From: the human T2T-CHM13v2.0 reference genome, Homo sapiens
Strand: one strand, 5' to 3'
Length of the DNA: 64,000 nt
NCBI RefSeq assembly: GCF_009914755.1
Contig: NC_060925.1
Below the pieces are notes generated by a model. That model worked only from the letters and a program-made list of their open reading frames with translations, had not been told where the DNA came from and searched no databases. This document shows, piece after piece, positions 30,801 through 45,493 of the stretch (the stretch's first letter is position 1; every line of letters starts with the position of its first letter). Position numbers and translations under genes: made by a program.

Positions 30801-32661
30801 CATGATAGTCATAGCATTCTACAACTTACATTTTTAATGTAATTTTTTTTACTTCTAGCACTTTGATGTCAAGTACTTTTAAACAAGTTCAATGATACAA
30901 TTTAAAAATTATACTTAATTTGTGATTAACATTTCTAATACCAACTTAAACAACAGATCTAAGAATGCATGCATCCCAATGGACTTTGTCTAGTAGTCAT
31001 ATCATTCCTTTTATGTTTATTTAAGAATACATTACAAATTAAGTACCCTGGGACTTATTTATACTACAATCTAACAACTTACACTTTTTTTTCTGTCAAT
31101 TCTAACTTTGTCTTGGGTTATATTTTTGTAGCTATATTTCTATATATTATCAATGTCATCCTTATTTATTTGAGAGTTTAAAGAGATTAAACTACATTTA
31201 AACAGCACTTACATTAACAAAATTATCTGGTTTTTCATTTGTTTTCCAAATATTTACTGGAATAATAATTTTATATCTTTAATATTAAAAGGAATGTTAG
31301 AAGTCATCTAGTGAAGTCCAATTCTAGTATTTGATGAGAAAAAATGAGCCACAAGGAAGACAAAATGTCGAGAAGAATAACACAGTTGGTGGATTTGCTA
31401 AAACTGCAGATGGGCAAAAGTGTTTGAATTCACATTCATAGTTTTCAGATCTATATCACCATCATAGTTTCTTACATCCCATGAATTACATGGGTGTGTG
31501 GGGGTGGGTGCGGATGTGCCCCTCACTCTTTCTCTCCCTTTTCCGATCTTCCTCTTCCTTTCACTGCTTCTCTTTCACCTTCTCTCCTCATACCCTCCCA
31601 CCCCCACACACACTTTCCACAGATACATACCTACCACAATCACATAAATCATTTCATTTTGTAAAGTTGATTCTACTCAGATGCAAAACAGTATTGTTGG
31701 AACAAGCCAGGCCAAGTAAATCCTTTTTTTCCCAGTCCCTTTTAATTTGCATGCACAACTTGTACTTATTCTATTTTAAATATATTATAACAAGTACCGT
31801 GATGATGAAATATTCTATATGGAATGTCTCATATTTTCTCCCTCTAAATTTAATGCTAAGAATAGTCATTAACATGTGTTCCCAAAAGTTATATTGATAA
31901 CCTAACATGAATTCAAGAATGGAAATAAGTAGCTGGATAGATAAAAGCCAAATTTTACACATGTACCTAAAATATCTTAGAAAGTGGTCCCAATTTTTAA
32001 TTTCTCTTCATTATAAGATATTACTCAAGAAGCATGTTACTTTCTTAGGGTAAAAAGTAAATATAAAAACCACCCTGAAGCATTTTTTCCCCTTAGGGAT
32101 TAATGAGAATTAGCTATCCTACCTTTTGATATAACACACTAACTAACAGAAGGCTAATGCCTATTTAGGCAGCAGATATTGTCAACTCCCCAGTTTTTAA
32201 CATGCAACTCTACTTGTAAAGCTTTTGGGGTCTCCTCCCATCAGCTGCATTGCTACTCAAAAGATACTCTTAATATCAACATTATTACTTATAAATATTA
32301 AAATAGGGAAGAGAACAGTGTCTAAAGTAAGAAAACAGCTGCTATAACTTGATTAAATTTTTCAAATTACCAATCACTTAAGTGTTTTGACCTACTGCTA
32401 TTTCAGCCATCTATAGGGTAGGTCTAAAGACAGAATATGATTCAAAATTAGTTTATAATCTAGAAGGGTGGGAAGGGGTGAGAAGTCCCAGAAGGCTGAA
32501 TATGAGAACACTATGCGTCCTACTCTATAACAGAGTTTCTCAGCCAGCTCAACACTCACTGTATTGCATTTGATTATACTACTGAATATAAAATGGGATA
32601 GTTTTGTGAACATGCTTGCTGAAGTTATTTTTATGTTAAATTTCTTTTTGTAAACTTCTAG

Positions 32662-32862
32662 GTTGAAATAAACCTAAAACGATATCCAACTCCTTACCCA
32701 GAGGATTTAAAGAATATGGTAAAATCTGTTCAAAATTTGGTGGGTAAGCCAAGCCATGGAGTGCGTGTTGAGAATTCAAATCCAACTGCTAACACGGAGC
32801 AAACTGTGAAAGAAAAATATGAACACAAGTGGCCGGTAGCCCCAAAGGAGATTACAGTGGAG
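32662..32862 (+). CDS. LRRC7: LRRC7 exon ([24 protein letters not shown]...PKEITVE), 201 nt, phase 0-0
   Basis: cttctag acceptor, GAG|gtattt donor; LKRYPTPYP motif shared with Erbin. Confidence 0.95.
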
Positions 32863-35429
32863 GTATTTGAAGGTTATTGGTAATTGCCAGTGTGGTTTGG
32901 ATTTTTTGGAATTTTAAATATGTTTTTTAACTGAATAGATCTTCCTTGATAAGTGCATTTTTTTCCTAAAATATAAATGATCTCTCTACTTTTTCAAACT
33001 ATGAGGGTTGCATTTAATCAGTCATAGAAAAATGATACCCTCATGGCCTAAAATCATTAACATAGCTCCAAAAGTTCCAATACACACAGAATGAATAAGT
33101 TCGTCACCCAGCAAGGCCTGGCCAGTGAGTGCGTTATATCATATTAGTGACATTATTTTGGCTACCCCAAACTTTTGTTGTATTAATCATTAAGAAAGAC
33201 TAATCCAAGGTTTTCTATTATGCAAATCTCATAAAATTCCTAATTAGATCTAGAGCACAATTTTTAAAATGTTTTTATCTTTGGGTTACAACTTTTCTAG
33301 GAAACACCGATTAACAATAAAAAGAGGACATAACTTTGAAATTTAGATTTATGGAATCTAGTCATGTGAAGCTTAATTCCTATATTTTAGAATGAGTTAG
33401 AAATCCATCCTTATTGATTTTGTGGTCTGAAAAGAATTCAACTACACTTATGCCACCTCTACTATTTCATCAACTCTTCAGCTAATTTGGTTATCATATT
33501 TTTATCTTCATTAGAAACATAATTGATCTGAGTACATCTGTAAGTTCACGTAACTACTTCTCCAAAATCTAGAGTGGCAAAACTCTTTTACAAATCTGCA
33601 TTTCAGAGCATCATTTTGTTGCATTTATTAAACACCAACTGCATATGTAACACTGTGCCAAACACTGTGAGAGAGAGAAAAGAAATATAAAATGTGTCAA
33701 TAATACCCCAATAATTTAAAGCTGATACACTTAAGACACATGAAACAATTAAAGAGCATATTATCTAAAATATGATCACATGGTTAGTTGAGTGATGGAG
33801 AATATAATGCTCCAAGTTTAGTTTAGACTGTATATTAAAGGTAGGGTGATTCTGTTAAAGAGGAAAAGGGAGGAGGGCATTCCAAGCAAAGGGAAGATCT
33901 TGAGCAAAAATAAGCATAGTGTGCACATCTGCCAGCAGAGGTACCAACCTACCCTAGAGGAGGGGAATACAGCTAGATTTCTAAGGGAAAAAAAATTAGC
34001 ATTCATTTTCATTGTTTTTTGCTTATAAAATCAGTATCATTATACTTTTTCCTTTCCAAAATATTATGCACATATTATAGTAAAGCAACAGACTGTTCTT
34101 TTATCTCAAAGATCTCGCTGCAATATAAAGGGGAAGGAAACCAACATTTAGCAGATACACACTAAATACATACATATACGTTTTATATTTAAATATCCTG
34201 TAATCACAGTTTAACATCAAAATAACTGGTGGTCATGAAAATCTATAAACTGGATAATTTTACTATAAAATAAGAGTCTAAAATGTCTTCATGTAGGGAT
34301 GGGATAGATGAGACTTTGGTTATGAATTTAATAATAAATCTTAAAACTGTCTCAAAATCAGGTCAAGCATAACAAATCCAAAATTAGATTTAATGTTTCC
34401 TTTGCAAACTTGCTTTTGCTTTCATGTTCCTGACCTTGATCTCACTGGCACCATTATCCTCCATTTCATTCAAGTAGAAATTCGAGAGATGTCCTGATTT
34501 CTTTCTCCTTCTTTCTCTCCACTTCCTATCTCTTCCAAATAATTACCAAAGCCTGTGCATTCTCACCTAAGTGTATCATTTCTACCTCCTCAAGCCCTCA
34601 ACTCTGTCCTGCATTACTATAAAAAAATACCCACTTTTTGGCTTCCCTTGTCCCCAGCCTCCTCATTGCCTTGTCAATGATCTTTCTAAAAAAGAATTCT
34701 AATCATTTCCTTGCCCTCCTTAAAAACACTACAGTGACTTCTTATTGCTAAGGCTAAGATTAAAGCTCAACTTTCAGCTTTAAATTTGTCTGTGTGATTT
34801 GCACCACCCCTTTCCTAGCTTTCTTCTACTAGTCTTTTCCTCTTGAACAGAAATTTCACTGGTAATTTCAATACTTTATCTAAAATTGAGATTCTAGATC
34901 TTCTCTCTCTAACTTTTAACCATCCTACAGCAAAGAGGAACTGTTGCTTTCTGTATTATCCTCCTGCCTCAAATTAACTGCAGCCAAAGTAAAGGGTCAC
35001 ACTCTATTTTTCAATGTCCAGATTTAATAAATGCAGATAACCAAGCATTTAGCTGATCAGTGCATACTAAACATTTATAATATGTTTTGCACTTCTATGC
35101 CATTTTTTGAATCATTGTTATTAGTTCACACTGCAAAGGATATGGAAGAGGGTATTATACACTGCATGATATATTTATTCATGTGATTAAATATAGAAAA
35201 CCCCCAAAAAAAGAATAAAGGTAGGCATGACCAGAAGTGGAAAACGGAAAAAATAAATAAGGTAAAAAGATTACAAATGCAACTAAGGGGAAAAAGGAAA
35301 GGTAAATATTTATTGCTCACTTTCATTTTGCCAACTAGATGCCAATAGTTTTAACATACATTATGCCAGACAAAGAACAGGGCTGGCGGAGCCATAAGAA
35401 AAAGGAGGACAGGGAGATTTTCCTTTATA

Positions 35430-35765
35430 ATGCCTTGTGCAGTTTGCATTTGCCTTTTCCCCAGATCTCTTTATATGGCTAGCACTTCCTCATCCTTCAA
35501 GTTTCAGCTTAAAGGCCACCTCAGCAGGAAGGCCTTCCCTGATCACTCTGATCAGTTGGACCCTCTGATATCCTCTATCATGTCACATTGTCACATTAAA
35601 TATAATGAACAGTTATGATTACTTTGTTTATTGACTTCAGACTGTGAGTTTCATGAAGGCAGGGATGCTTTCTTTCTTGTCCATCCTTGTATTGCCTGAG
35701 TCTAGCACAGTGCCTAGGATAGAGTAGGAGCAAAATAAATATTTGTTGAATAAATGAATGATTGA
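35430..35765 (+). mobile_element. L2 3' end
   Basis: gactgtgagtttcatgaaggcaggga...aaatatttgttgaataaatgaatg. Confidence 0.8.
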
Positions 35766-36104
35766 TATAGTCCAGTATAATGACTCTGGTAACATGTCTG
35801 TCTCTCCATTCAATTAGATATTCATTGAAATCAAGGACAATTTCTGAGTTTTTTTGAATTAATAATTAATTGATACCTATCCACACTTCATCACCTATGT
35901 GTTCAATACACTCTTGGTATATAAATGCCCACAGCGTCTCAGTGATGTTATGGTGATCCTAGACCAAAATAAATACCTAGGAGTTTCATTTAAGTTGTTA
36001 TAGCCAAACAGCTTAGTAAATATTTATGCCCTACTTTGTGGTCATTTGAAAAAATCAATGCACATAAGTTGAAAGAGAAAATAATATTTTTACCTTATTC
36101 TTAA

Positions 36105-36587
<483 letters not shown>

Positions 36588-37639
36588 AAGGATTTTCATC
36601 AAAAAGAATGTGCGATCTAATGTTGTAACTGAGAGCTACCTCAAGCTAGCCATTTGCACAGTGTCTGTCTAATGTCAATTATTGCTTTGTTTCCCTCAAA
36701 CATTTAATGTAACTCACAGTGTCCCTGTTAATTGCAACAACACCCATGGGTGCCTCAGAGTACAGTTTGAGAATCAAGGGGTAGGGCTTTTAAATCTAGC
36801 AGACATGAATTGAAATCTTGGCTCCACCTTGTGACCTTGACAAGTCAAGTCTCTAAAACCTTTCTGATCCTTGGTTTCTTTATCTTAAAAAAAAAAAGCA
36901 CAAAACAGAAAATATGGTAACACCTATTTATATACAGCTCCAAGCACAGTTATTGACACAGAGGAAGCCTACAGTAAATAATTCCCTCTTCTTTTTCAAG
37001 AGAATTATGTGCCAATTCCTTCCCCATCCTCCTTTAATCCTTCTGCAAGTAACTACCAAGATACCTGTTCACCATCCCAAAATGTTCTGCATTTTTCCCT
37101 TTGTTAGGGGACTCAGCCCAATTTTTTTCTATAGAGGAACATCTTTCTTCCAGTAACAGAGAATTGTCCATTACCCTCAAAATTTTCCTTAAATTACTTT
37201 TATTCATGCTAGGCCTAGACTCTCAAAAGCTCAGAAATAAGCTTGCTTTCTTTCCTTTGACTTCTTCCTGAGGCTTCTTTTCTTTATGGCAGTAGCAGCC
37301 AAGATGCAGTTTGAACAGTGGAAGGGCAATTGTGAGAAAAAGGACATTTTACCTTTTCTTTCCCTCTCATTTCTGTCTCCTCACCAGAAAGAAAATATGG
37401 TTCAATGTACTTACAATGGAATCCCCACTAAATTCTGTTTTCTACCAAAAATTTCCTCTGTCATTGCCCGTAGAAGTAGTCCCCAAAACTTTGCCCACTT
37501 TTCCAAAAGGAACTCAATTCCTCTAGCCTCTATAAAAGAATTTATAGAAACAAAATTAGTGATTTATTTCCTTTGTTGGATAGTTAACTTTACTTTGTGA
37601 AACCCATGTGAGAAATGAGCTGTTCTCAGGATAGACAAT

Positions 37640-37910
37640 ACAGCATACACAGTATCACATAGATCTTTGAGTAGCGCAGATCCCAGTTCAAATCTTGGCT
37701 TTACCACTTATTAGGTTTGTGACTTAGAATTATGATTTTACCTCACTGAGCCTCCATTTCCTTATCTGCAGAACAAAAAATGATGATAATAAATAAATAC
37801 CACATAATGATAAAAAATAAGGTTGTCTTTTAAATAATTAACAAGGATAATATAGATAGAGTGTTTAGCATAGTAGCACCGCAGCAGATGTAATCAGTGC
37901 CATGTAATTT
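37640..37910 (+). mobile_element. MIR SINE, followed by (ATC)n at about 37918-37965
   Basis: gttcaaatcttggctttaccactta...ctgagcctccatttccttatctg. Confidence 0.75.
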
Positions 37911-40611
37911 ATGGCCATTATCATCATTGTCGTCATTATCATCATTGTCATCATCATCATCATCACTTCGTTCATAAGGGTAAGAGAATCTACTCAGATC
38001 AGTGCAAATTCATCATTCTTGTTTCAATAATGTCCTTCTAAGAAGAAATACAAGTTCATAATTAGCTGATAATCATCCTCTCTTCCTGGTCACTAAGGCT
38101 GTTTTTGATTCACAATAGAAATTCTGAAACAGGATCAGAAACTTGAACCTGAGTCAAACCAGAGCTACCATGCAGAGTTCCGGTCATAATTTTGGTATAC
38201 AAGTTTGAAAGTCGAATCAATACAAACAAGATGACCTGAGTACTGAATGTGTAGAACATAAGGGAAAAAAGCAAAACCCATAATTATGTTAACATTCTGT
38301 ACTTGTACAGCTATTTGGATTGCTTTTTTGTGTTTCTATTCTATTTTTGTTTTTCTTTTGAATAAAACAAAATTCCCATTCTTGTAATTAGGTATCATAG
38401 GAATATTTTTAAATTATTATTTCAACAAATAACTTACCTTTAGATTCATAGAATGTTAGTACTAGACAGGAATTGGCACTAATTCCTATTACTGATTACC
38501 TTTATTTTAATGATGATAATGCCCAGAGAAGTACACTGACTTGCCCAAGGTGACCTGATTAATAAAATATAAAAATAGAAATAGGATGAAAATATGACAC
38601 CTTGTAACAAATTTTTTGGCAAGTCAGCATATTTTATGCCTTTCAGGGTACTGTTTCTCAAACTCATATCTTCTTATAAATTTCTCCAAAGGTATATAAA
38701 GGCTTTTATCCTCCCTTCTGTCACCTTAAAACTGTCATACATTTCTTATGCTAAATCTTTGAACTAACTTTCAAAATCAATCAAAATGAATAATATGTAC
38801 CCTCTGAAATAATTTTCAAAATCAATCAAAATAAAGAAAATATGGCCTCTTTAAAAGGATTTATAAAAAAAAAAGTCAGCGATTAATTTCTTTTGTTGAG
38901 TAGTTATCTTTCCTCTGTGAAGCCCGTGTGAAAAATGAGCTTTACTTAGGATAGGCAATATGGCATACACAGTATCACATAGAACACCTTTGAGTAGCAA
39001 ATATAGCCTCTTCAACTACTGAATTTTCCATTCTACTCCTTTTCCTGTTCCTCTTTGCAATCTGATACCTCATTTTAAGTTCTTTGTGTGCTCACAGCTG
39101 AGCTCACCAGGAGGCAGCACAAGGTAAGGAAAGATCACTGGAATGGAGCCCAGGAGAATCCTGCTGCAGTGCTGGATCTTCGTCTAATCATCTGTGTAAC
39201 CTAGGCCTAAGCTGAGTCTCAGAACCCGCCTCTAGAAAACAAAAGTGTTGGACTAAATGATCTTTCCCTTTTCTTTTATTGAAATATTCTATTTAAAAAA
39301 TTAACAAGTAACAGATATACCCAGGTTTTTCAGGCAAATATTTCCATACAAACCTAACCCAAAAGAATCCCAAAAGATAGAACTTAAACCAAGATGTGCT
39401 TCTCTGCAATAACCAAAGACCTGAGCATGTCACTATGGGGGTCCTTGGCAATATATAAAATTTATAGTAAGAGTTTCTGCCTGTTCATTATACCAACCGA
39501 TTAGTTTTAAGACAGGACTTTTTAAATTTACAATATTTTTGTCCTCAAGTATATTTTTTTCTCTGATTTAACAAAATATTTCTAAATATTTTACATTAGT
39601 GCCCCAAACTCACAAGATACTAATGAATTAAAAAGCTGAAAAATTCTCATTTGAATTAAAATTAATCTTAAGGGAAAAGAAGACATAACGATAGCTGCTA
39701 TGCATAAATATATATCACTACTTATGGGCATAGATAATGCATTTTTATATCTAGAAGAAAGTGAGAATTTGGTATTTTACCTTCCCCTAATGCTCTCCAC
39801 CCTGCCTGGTTAACTGAAAATAGTAATTTGAATTGTGGAAGTTTAAAATCTTGGGTTTTCTACATGTTTATTTGTCATTATGAAGTTATAGTCGTGTATC
39901 GATGTTGCTCGTTACACTCAAAGAAGGGATATAGAATGAAGATTTAGTATGCTAGATTAGGTGTGAGAAAACCAGGAACCTCTGGAAGAACACATGATAG
40001 AACTTGAGAAATTGAGGAGATGATCACTTGGGATACAGTAGAAAGTTAGGAGGAAAGCGGTGGGAAGAGCAGGATTTATAGGACCCGACAGTGAAGTAAT
40101 GTAGCTAGGGATGCACAAAAAAAAAAAAAAAAAAAAAATCTTAATTGGTCAGTGATATACTTTCCTCTTAAAACTCTTAGAGTTAACCACTTAGAACAAT
40201 TACATGTGTATATATCATATTTGTGTGAATCATACTGCTCATATATGGCTTATCATAATTCAGTCTGGTGTTCTAATGAGTTATAGCTCATCTCTCCAAC
40301 TAGATTATAAACTCCCAGAGGGCACCAGCCACATTTTGTCTTTCTTTGGAACCTCCACAGTTCATTGCACAGTGCCAGGCATATAAACAACATGCAAGAA
40401 AAATTGATGAATAAATGGACTCACTTACATTAGAAAAAAAAAATTTAATGCTTAACTCAGAGATACATATGGTTTATTTCTCCCAGTGCCTCACAGTGAA
40501 CTGAATTCTAGAGTCACATTTTTTAATCTGAGCCAAATAAAGATACTGCCACTTTGGTTAACCATTGTTTAAATGTTTACTTTCCTTGTCCTGTATTATT
40601 ATATCTCTCAG

Positions 40612-40723
40612 GATTCTTTTGTTCATCCAGCTAATGAAATGAGGATTGGGGAACTTCACCCTTCATTAGCTGAGACCCCTCTGTACCCACCCAAACTTGT
40701 TCTGCTAGGGAAGGACAAAAAAG
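40612..40723 (+). CDS. LRRC7: LRRC7 exon ([37 protein letters not shown]), 112 nt, phase 0-1
   Basis: ctctcag acceptor, AAG|gtaac donor. Confidence 0.94.
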
Positions 40724-40934
40724 GTAACACTGTGAACCCAATGTGGAAAATATGCTACAAATGCATGTGCATGATGAATCGCCAGTTGTAAATTATGATA
40801 CACCATATTCTATACAAATGTTTTACAAATATGCATTTCTAACCTTAATCGGTATGGTTTCCATTTTTCATACTTGCTTTTCCGTGTAATTGTCAGTGTC
40901 ATAGCATTATAACATTTTCCCCTTTAAATTTCAG

Positions 40935-41115
40935 AATCAACTGATGAGTCTGAAGTTGACAAAACTCACTGTCTGAATAACAGTGTTTCCTCAGGCACTT
41001 ACTCAGACTACTCGCCTTCCCAGGCTTCCTCAGGATCCTCTAATACCCGGGTTAAAGTGGGGTCCTTGCAGACAACAGCTAAAGATGCAGTACATAATTC
41101 TTTGTGGGGTAACAG
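40935..41115 (+). CDS. LRRC7: LRRC7 exon ([36 protein letters not shown]...LWGNR), 181 nt, phase 1-2
   Basis: tttcag acceptor, CAG|gtgtgt donor; Ser-rich motif conserved with Erbin. Confidence 0.94.
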
Positions 41116-42603
41116 GTGTGTTTAGAATTCCCTCCTTTTGTTCCCAAACGTTTATTTTCAGCAACTTTTTAAAAAATGGAATCTTCTTAATTTTGGAATT
41201 GTATTCGGCACACAAGTGGCATAGAAGACAGAAGGGGCAGGTAAGCAAATGTTGTTCGCCTGGGACTGCCAGGAACAGATGAATCCACCTTACAGGGAGA
41301 GGCCATTGGTTAAGGAAGACATGGTAGGAGTTAACAGGATGAGATGGTAGAACAAAAAATTTAAAAAATAAAAAAAAATGTGTTTGCCCACTGATACTTA
41401 TTGATGAGACATGGATGTTTTAACATACAAAATGGCATTATGAATTAAAATAAAATGCCAGTAAAACACTTAGGTGTCTGGTCCAGAGTAAGTGTTCAAT
41501 AAATTTTCATTGCTATCGTCATCATAATTTTATCACCACCTGGAAAAGTCAGGATGTATTTTTAAGTACTTAATCTTTCCAAAATGCCTCCTCCTCTATA
41601 TTACTCTAATTTTACAGATGAAAAAACAAAAACCACACACAGAGCACAATAAAGTGACTCAATAAGGCAATGTTTTCCCAGTTCTAATTCCATTTTGTAA
41701 CTTGTTGCTATGTTTTACACTACAAATAGCAAATTAAAATTGTTATATAGGTAGTCAATAACTTTTACTCATATTTTACTGATAATATTGCCACTGTTGG
41801 CAATGTCTTCTTTAGTAATTCATGAGTAACTTTTCCTAATCATTGATGCTCATAATAAAAATCATAACTCTTTCAGTTTGTAAATTCATTATTTGCATTA
41901 TCTCAGTATCTGCTAGAAATAACATGGTCAGTGGTACAAACATGTCAGTGATCTAAAGTCATAATATAATTTACATTCTACAAAACATACCTGAATATGC
42001 TCCCTATACAATAGCATTTAGTGTCTTCAAAACCTGACCTTCAAATAAAAGTCATCTGAAGACAATTTAGATTCATCAGATACACCAAGCATTTGTAAGA
42101 AAGGTACTCTCGGCCAATAGTTTGAAATGTACCAAATCAGAATCTCCAGGAATGGGTATCAGGAATCATATGATTCTAATTATCAGTCAGGTTTCAAGAC
42201 CATTACTTAAGAACTACATATTTCCTTCATTGATTCCTTCAACAAATGTGTATTTAATACCTACTATGTGCCAGGCATTAGTCTAGGCCTGCAGAGAAAA
42301 AGATCTCTACCATTGTGAGTTTATATTCTAGCAGAGGACACAACACAAGATACAATACACGTAATAGATAAGTAAATTATATAGTATATTAGAAGGTGAT
42401 TATTACTAGGAAAAAAAAGTTAAAGCAGGATAAAGGGATGGATTTTTAAAATATGAAATAATAATACTATCTTAATCATAAGTCAGGTGAGGATTATTGA
42501 TCAGTTAAACAAAGGATGATGGCCCTCTTTGCTGCTTGTTCTCTTTCTGCCAAAGACCCAACTCTTCGTCCTTTTCAATTTCTTCTTCCCATTGTGTTCA
42601 CAG

Positions 42604-44284
42604 GATTGCACCATCTTTCCCACAGCCTCTTGATTCAAAGCCATTACTCAGCCAGCGGGAGGCTGTTCCCCCAGGCAATATACCACAGCGTCCTGACCGG
42701 CTGCCCATGAGTGATACTTTCACTGACAACTGGACTGATGGCTCGCATTATGACAACACAGGGTTTGTTGCTGAGGAAACCACAGCCGAGAATGCCAACA
42801 GTAATCCTCTCTTAAGTTCGAAATCTAGAAGCACATCTTCGCATGGACGCAGGCCTTTGATCAGGCAAGACAGGATTGTTGGTGTTCCCCTGGAACTCGA
42901 GCAGTCTACACACAGACACACACCAGAAACAGAAGTGCCTCCTTCCAATCCTTGGCAGAATTGGACCAGAACCCCTAGTCCGTTTGAAGACAGGACCGCT
43001 TTTCCTTCCAAATTAGAGACAACCCCCACTACCAGCCCATTGCCTGAAAGGAAAGAACATATAAAGGAATCTACTGAAATACCTAGTCCTTTTTCTCCAG
43101 GCGTACCATGGGAGTATCATGATTCCAATCCCAACAGGAGTCTTAGTAATGTCTTTTCTCAAATCCACTGCCGCCCGGAATCTTCTAAAGGTGTTATTTC
43201 AATTAGCAAAAGCACAGAGAGGCTTTCCCCCCTAATGAAAGATATCAAGTCTAATAAATTCAAAAAGTCACAGAGTATCGATGAGATTGACATTGGTACA
43301 TATAAGGTGTATAACATACCATTAGAAAACTATGCTTCTGGGAGTGATCACTTAGGAAGCCACGAACGACCGGATAAGATGCTGGGACCAGAGCATGGTA
43401 TGTCCAGTATGTCTCGAAGCCAGTCAGTCCCAATGCTGGATGATGAGATGCTCACCTACGGAAGTAGTAAGGGGCCACAACAACAAAAAGCTTCTATGAC
43501 AAAAAAAGTCTATCAGTTTGACCAAAGCTTCAATCCTCAAGGATCAGTGGAAGTGAAAGCCGAAAAGAGGATACCACCCCCTTTTCAACACAATCCCGAG
43601 TACGTGCAACAGGCCAGCAAAAACATCGCCAAGGATTTGATTAGTCCTAGAGCTTACAGAGGATACCCACCGATGGAGCAAATGTTTTCATTTTCTCAGC
43701 CATCTGTGAATGAGGATGCTGTGGTGAATGCCCAGTTCGCAAGCCAAGGGGCCAGGGCGGGCTTCCTGAGAAGGGCCGACTCCCTGGTGAGCGCCACAGA
43801 AATGGCCATGTTTAGAAGGGTCAATGAGCCTCATGAGCTGCCCCCAACTGATAGGTACGGCAGACCCCCATATAGGGGAGGGCTGGATCGCCAAAGCAGC
43901 GTTACAGTGACTGAGTCCCAGTTCCTGAAAAGGAATGGCAGGTATGAAGATGAACACCCTTCATATCAAGAAGTGAAAGCTCAGGCGGGAAGTTTTCCGG
44001 TTAAAAACCTTACCCAAAGGAGGCCATTGTCTGCGAGAAGCTACAGTACAGAGAGTTACGGTGCCTCCCAAACCAGGCCAGTTTCAGCTAGGCCTACTAT
44101 GGCAGCTCTTTTGGAAAAAATACCATCTGACTATAACTTGGGTAACTATGGTGACAAGCCATCAGATAACAGTGATTTAAAGACGAGGCCTACTCCTGTG
44201 AAGGGAGAGGAGAGCTGTGGTAAAATGCCTGCAGACTGGAGACAACAGCTGCTTAGACATATAGAAGCTAGACGGTTAGACAGG
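42604..44284 (+). CDS. LRRC7: LRRC7 giant exon ([12 protein letters not shown]...[17 protein letters not shown]), 1681 nt, phase 2-0
   Basis: core of the 611-aa ORF 42536..44371; long polypyrimidine tract with cacag acceptor, AGG|gtatgt donor; GC and CpG content higher than the flanks. Confidence 0.98.
42818..42883 (+). other. LRRC7: Densin-IN CaMKII catalytic-domain binding/inhibitory motif ([22 protein letters not shown])
   Basis: translation of the giant exon; known CaMKII-interacting segment of densin with an L-x-R-Q-x core. Confidence 0.8.
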
Positions 44285-45030
44285 GTATGTCTGGTGTTTC
44301 TCTGTAAGAATATCCCTCCTGCCTTTAGTGTTACTTTATTGGCATTTCTAAGCACATGTAGTGAAGCATGAACTACATGAATGAATTAGATGATCAGTAT
44401 TTTATTTATCTTTATATTGTGGGGAAAATGGATCATAATAGTTTTTCATGGATGTGGCTAAATGCTCTTTGAGAGTTCATAACCTGCAGGTGAATTATTC
44501 ATCAAATCTAACCCAAATATTGTTAGTAAGAAAGAATTCAACTCCATTAGAGGGGATGGTGCTTCAAATGCTTTCTAGCCATTAAGGCAAAATGCCTCTC
44601 CTAGGACGCAAAACTGTTCTCTAGTGACCTAAAGAGTATGATTTTTGTTGAACCTATAAAAAGTGGATATTTCCCCCGTTTCTGGATGGACTCACTTATA
44701 TTAAAGTCAGGCCTAATTTGTTTATAAAATTTGCACATAGTTACTGCTATGGGACTACTAGTTATTATTTCTAATGAGCAATAATTTTCCCAACAAGAAA
44801 CAGAAAAATAAGCAGGGATTGAATGCCCTCCTACACATTATTTTATTTAATAAAAAGCCTGCCATTTAGAATGTTGGTTTTTATATAGAAAGAAATATTT
44901 AAATTCAGATTATACTACAGACAACAAAAATAGTTGATGTCTTTATGAAGACAGCAAACAAAAAATTAGTATGTATATTGCAGCAAAAAAGAAAATTAAT
45001 TCTAGTTCAGTTAAAAATTGAGTCACAATA

Positions 45031-45493
<463 letters not shown>

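Noticed and set aside
42536-44371. 611-aa ORF as a standalone gene
   Set aside because: It is the giant LRRC7 exon plus intronic overhangs; the start lies in the polypyrimidine tract and splice sites bound the real part
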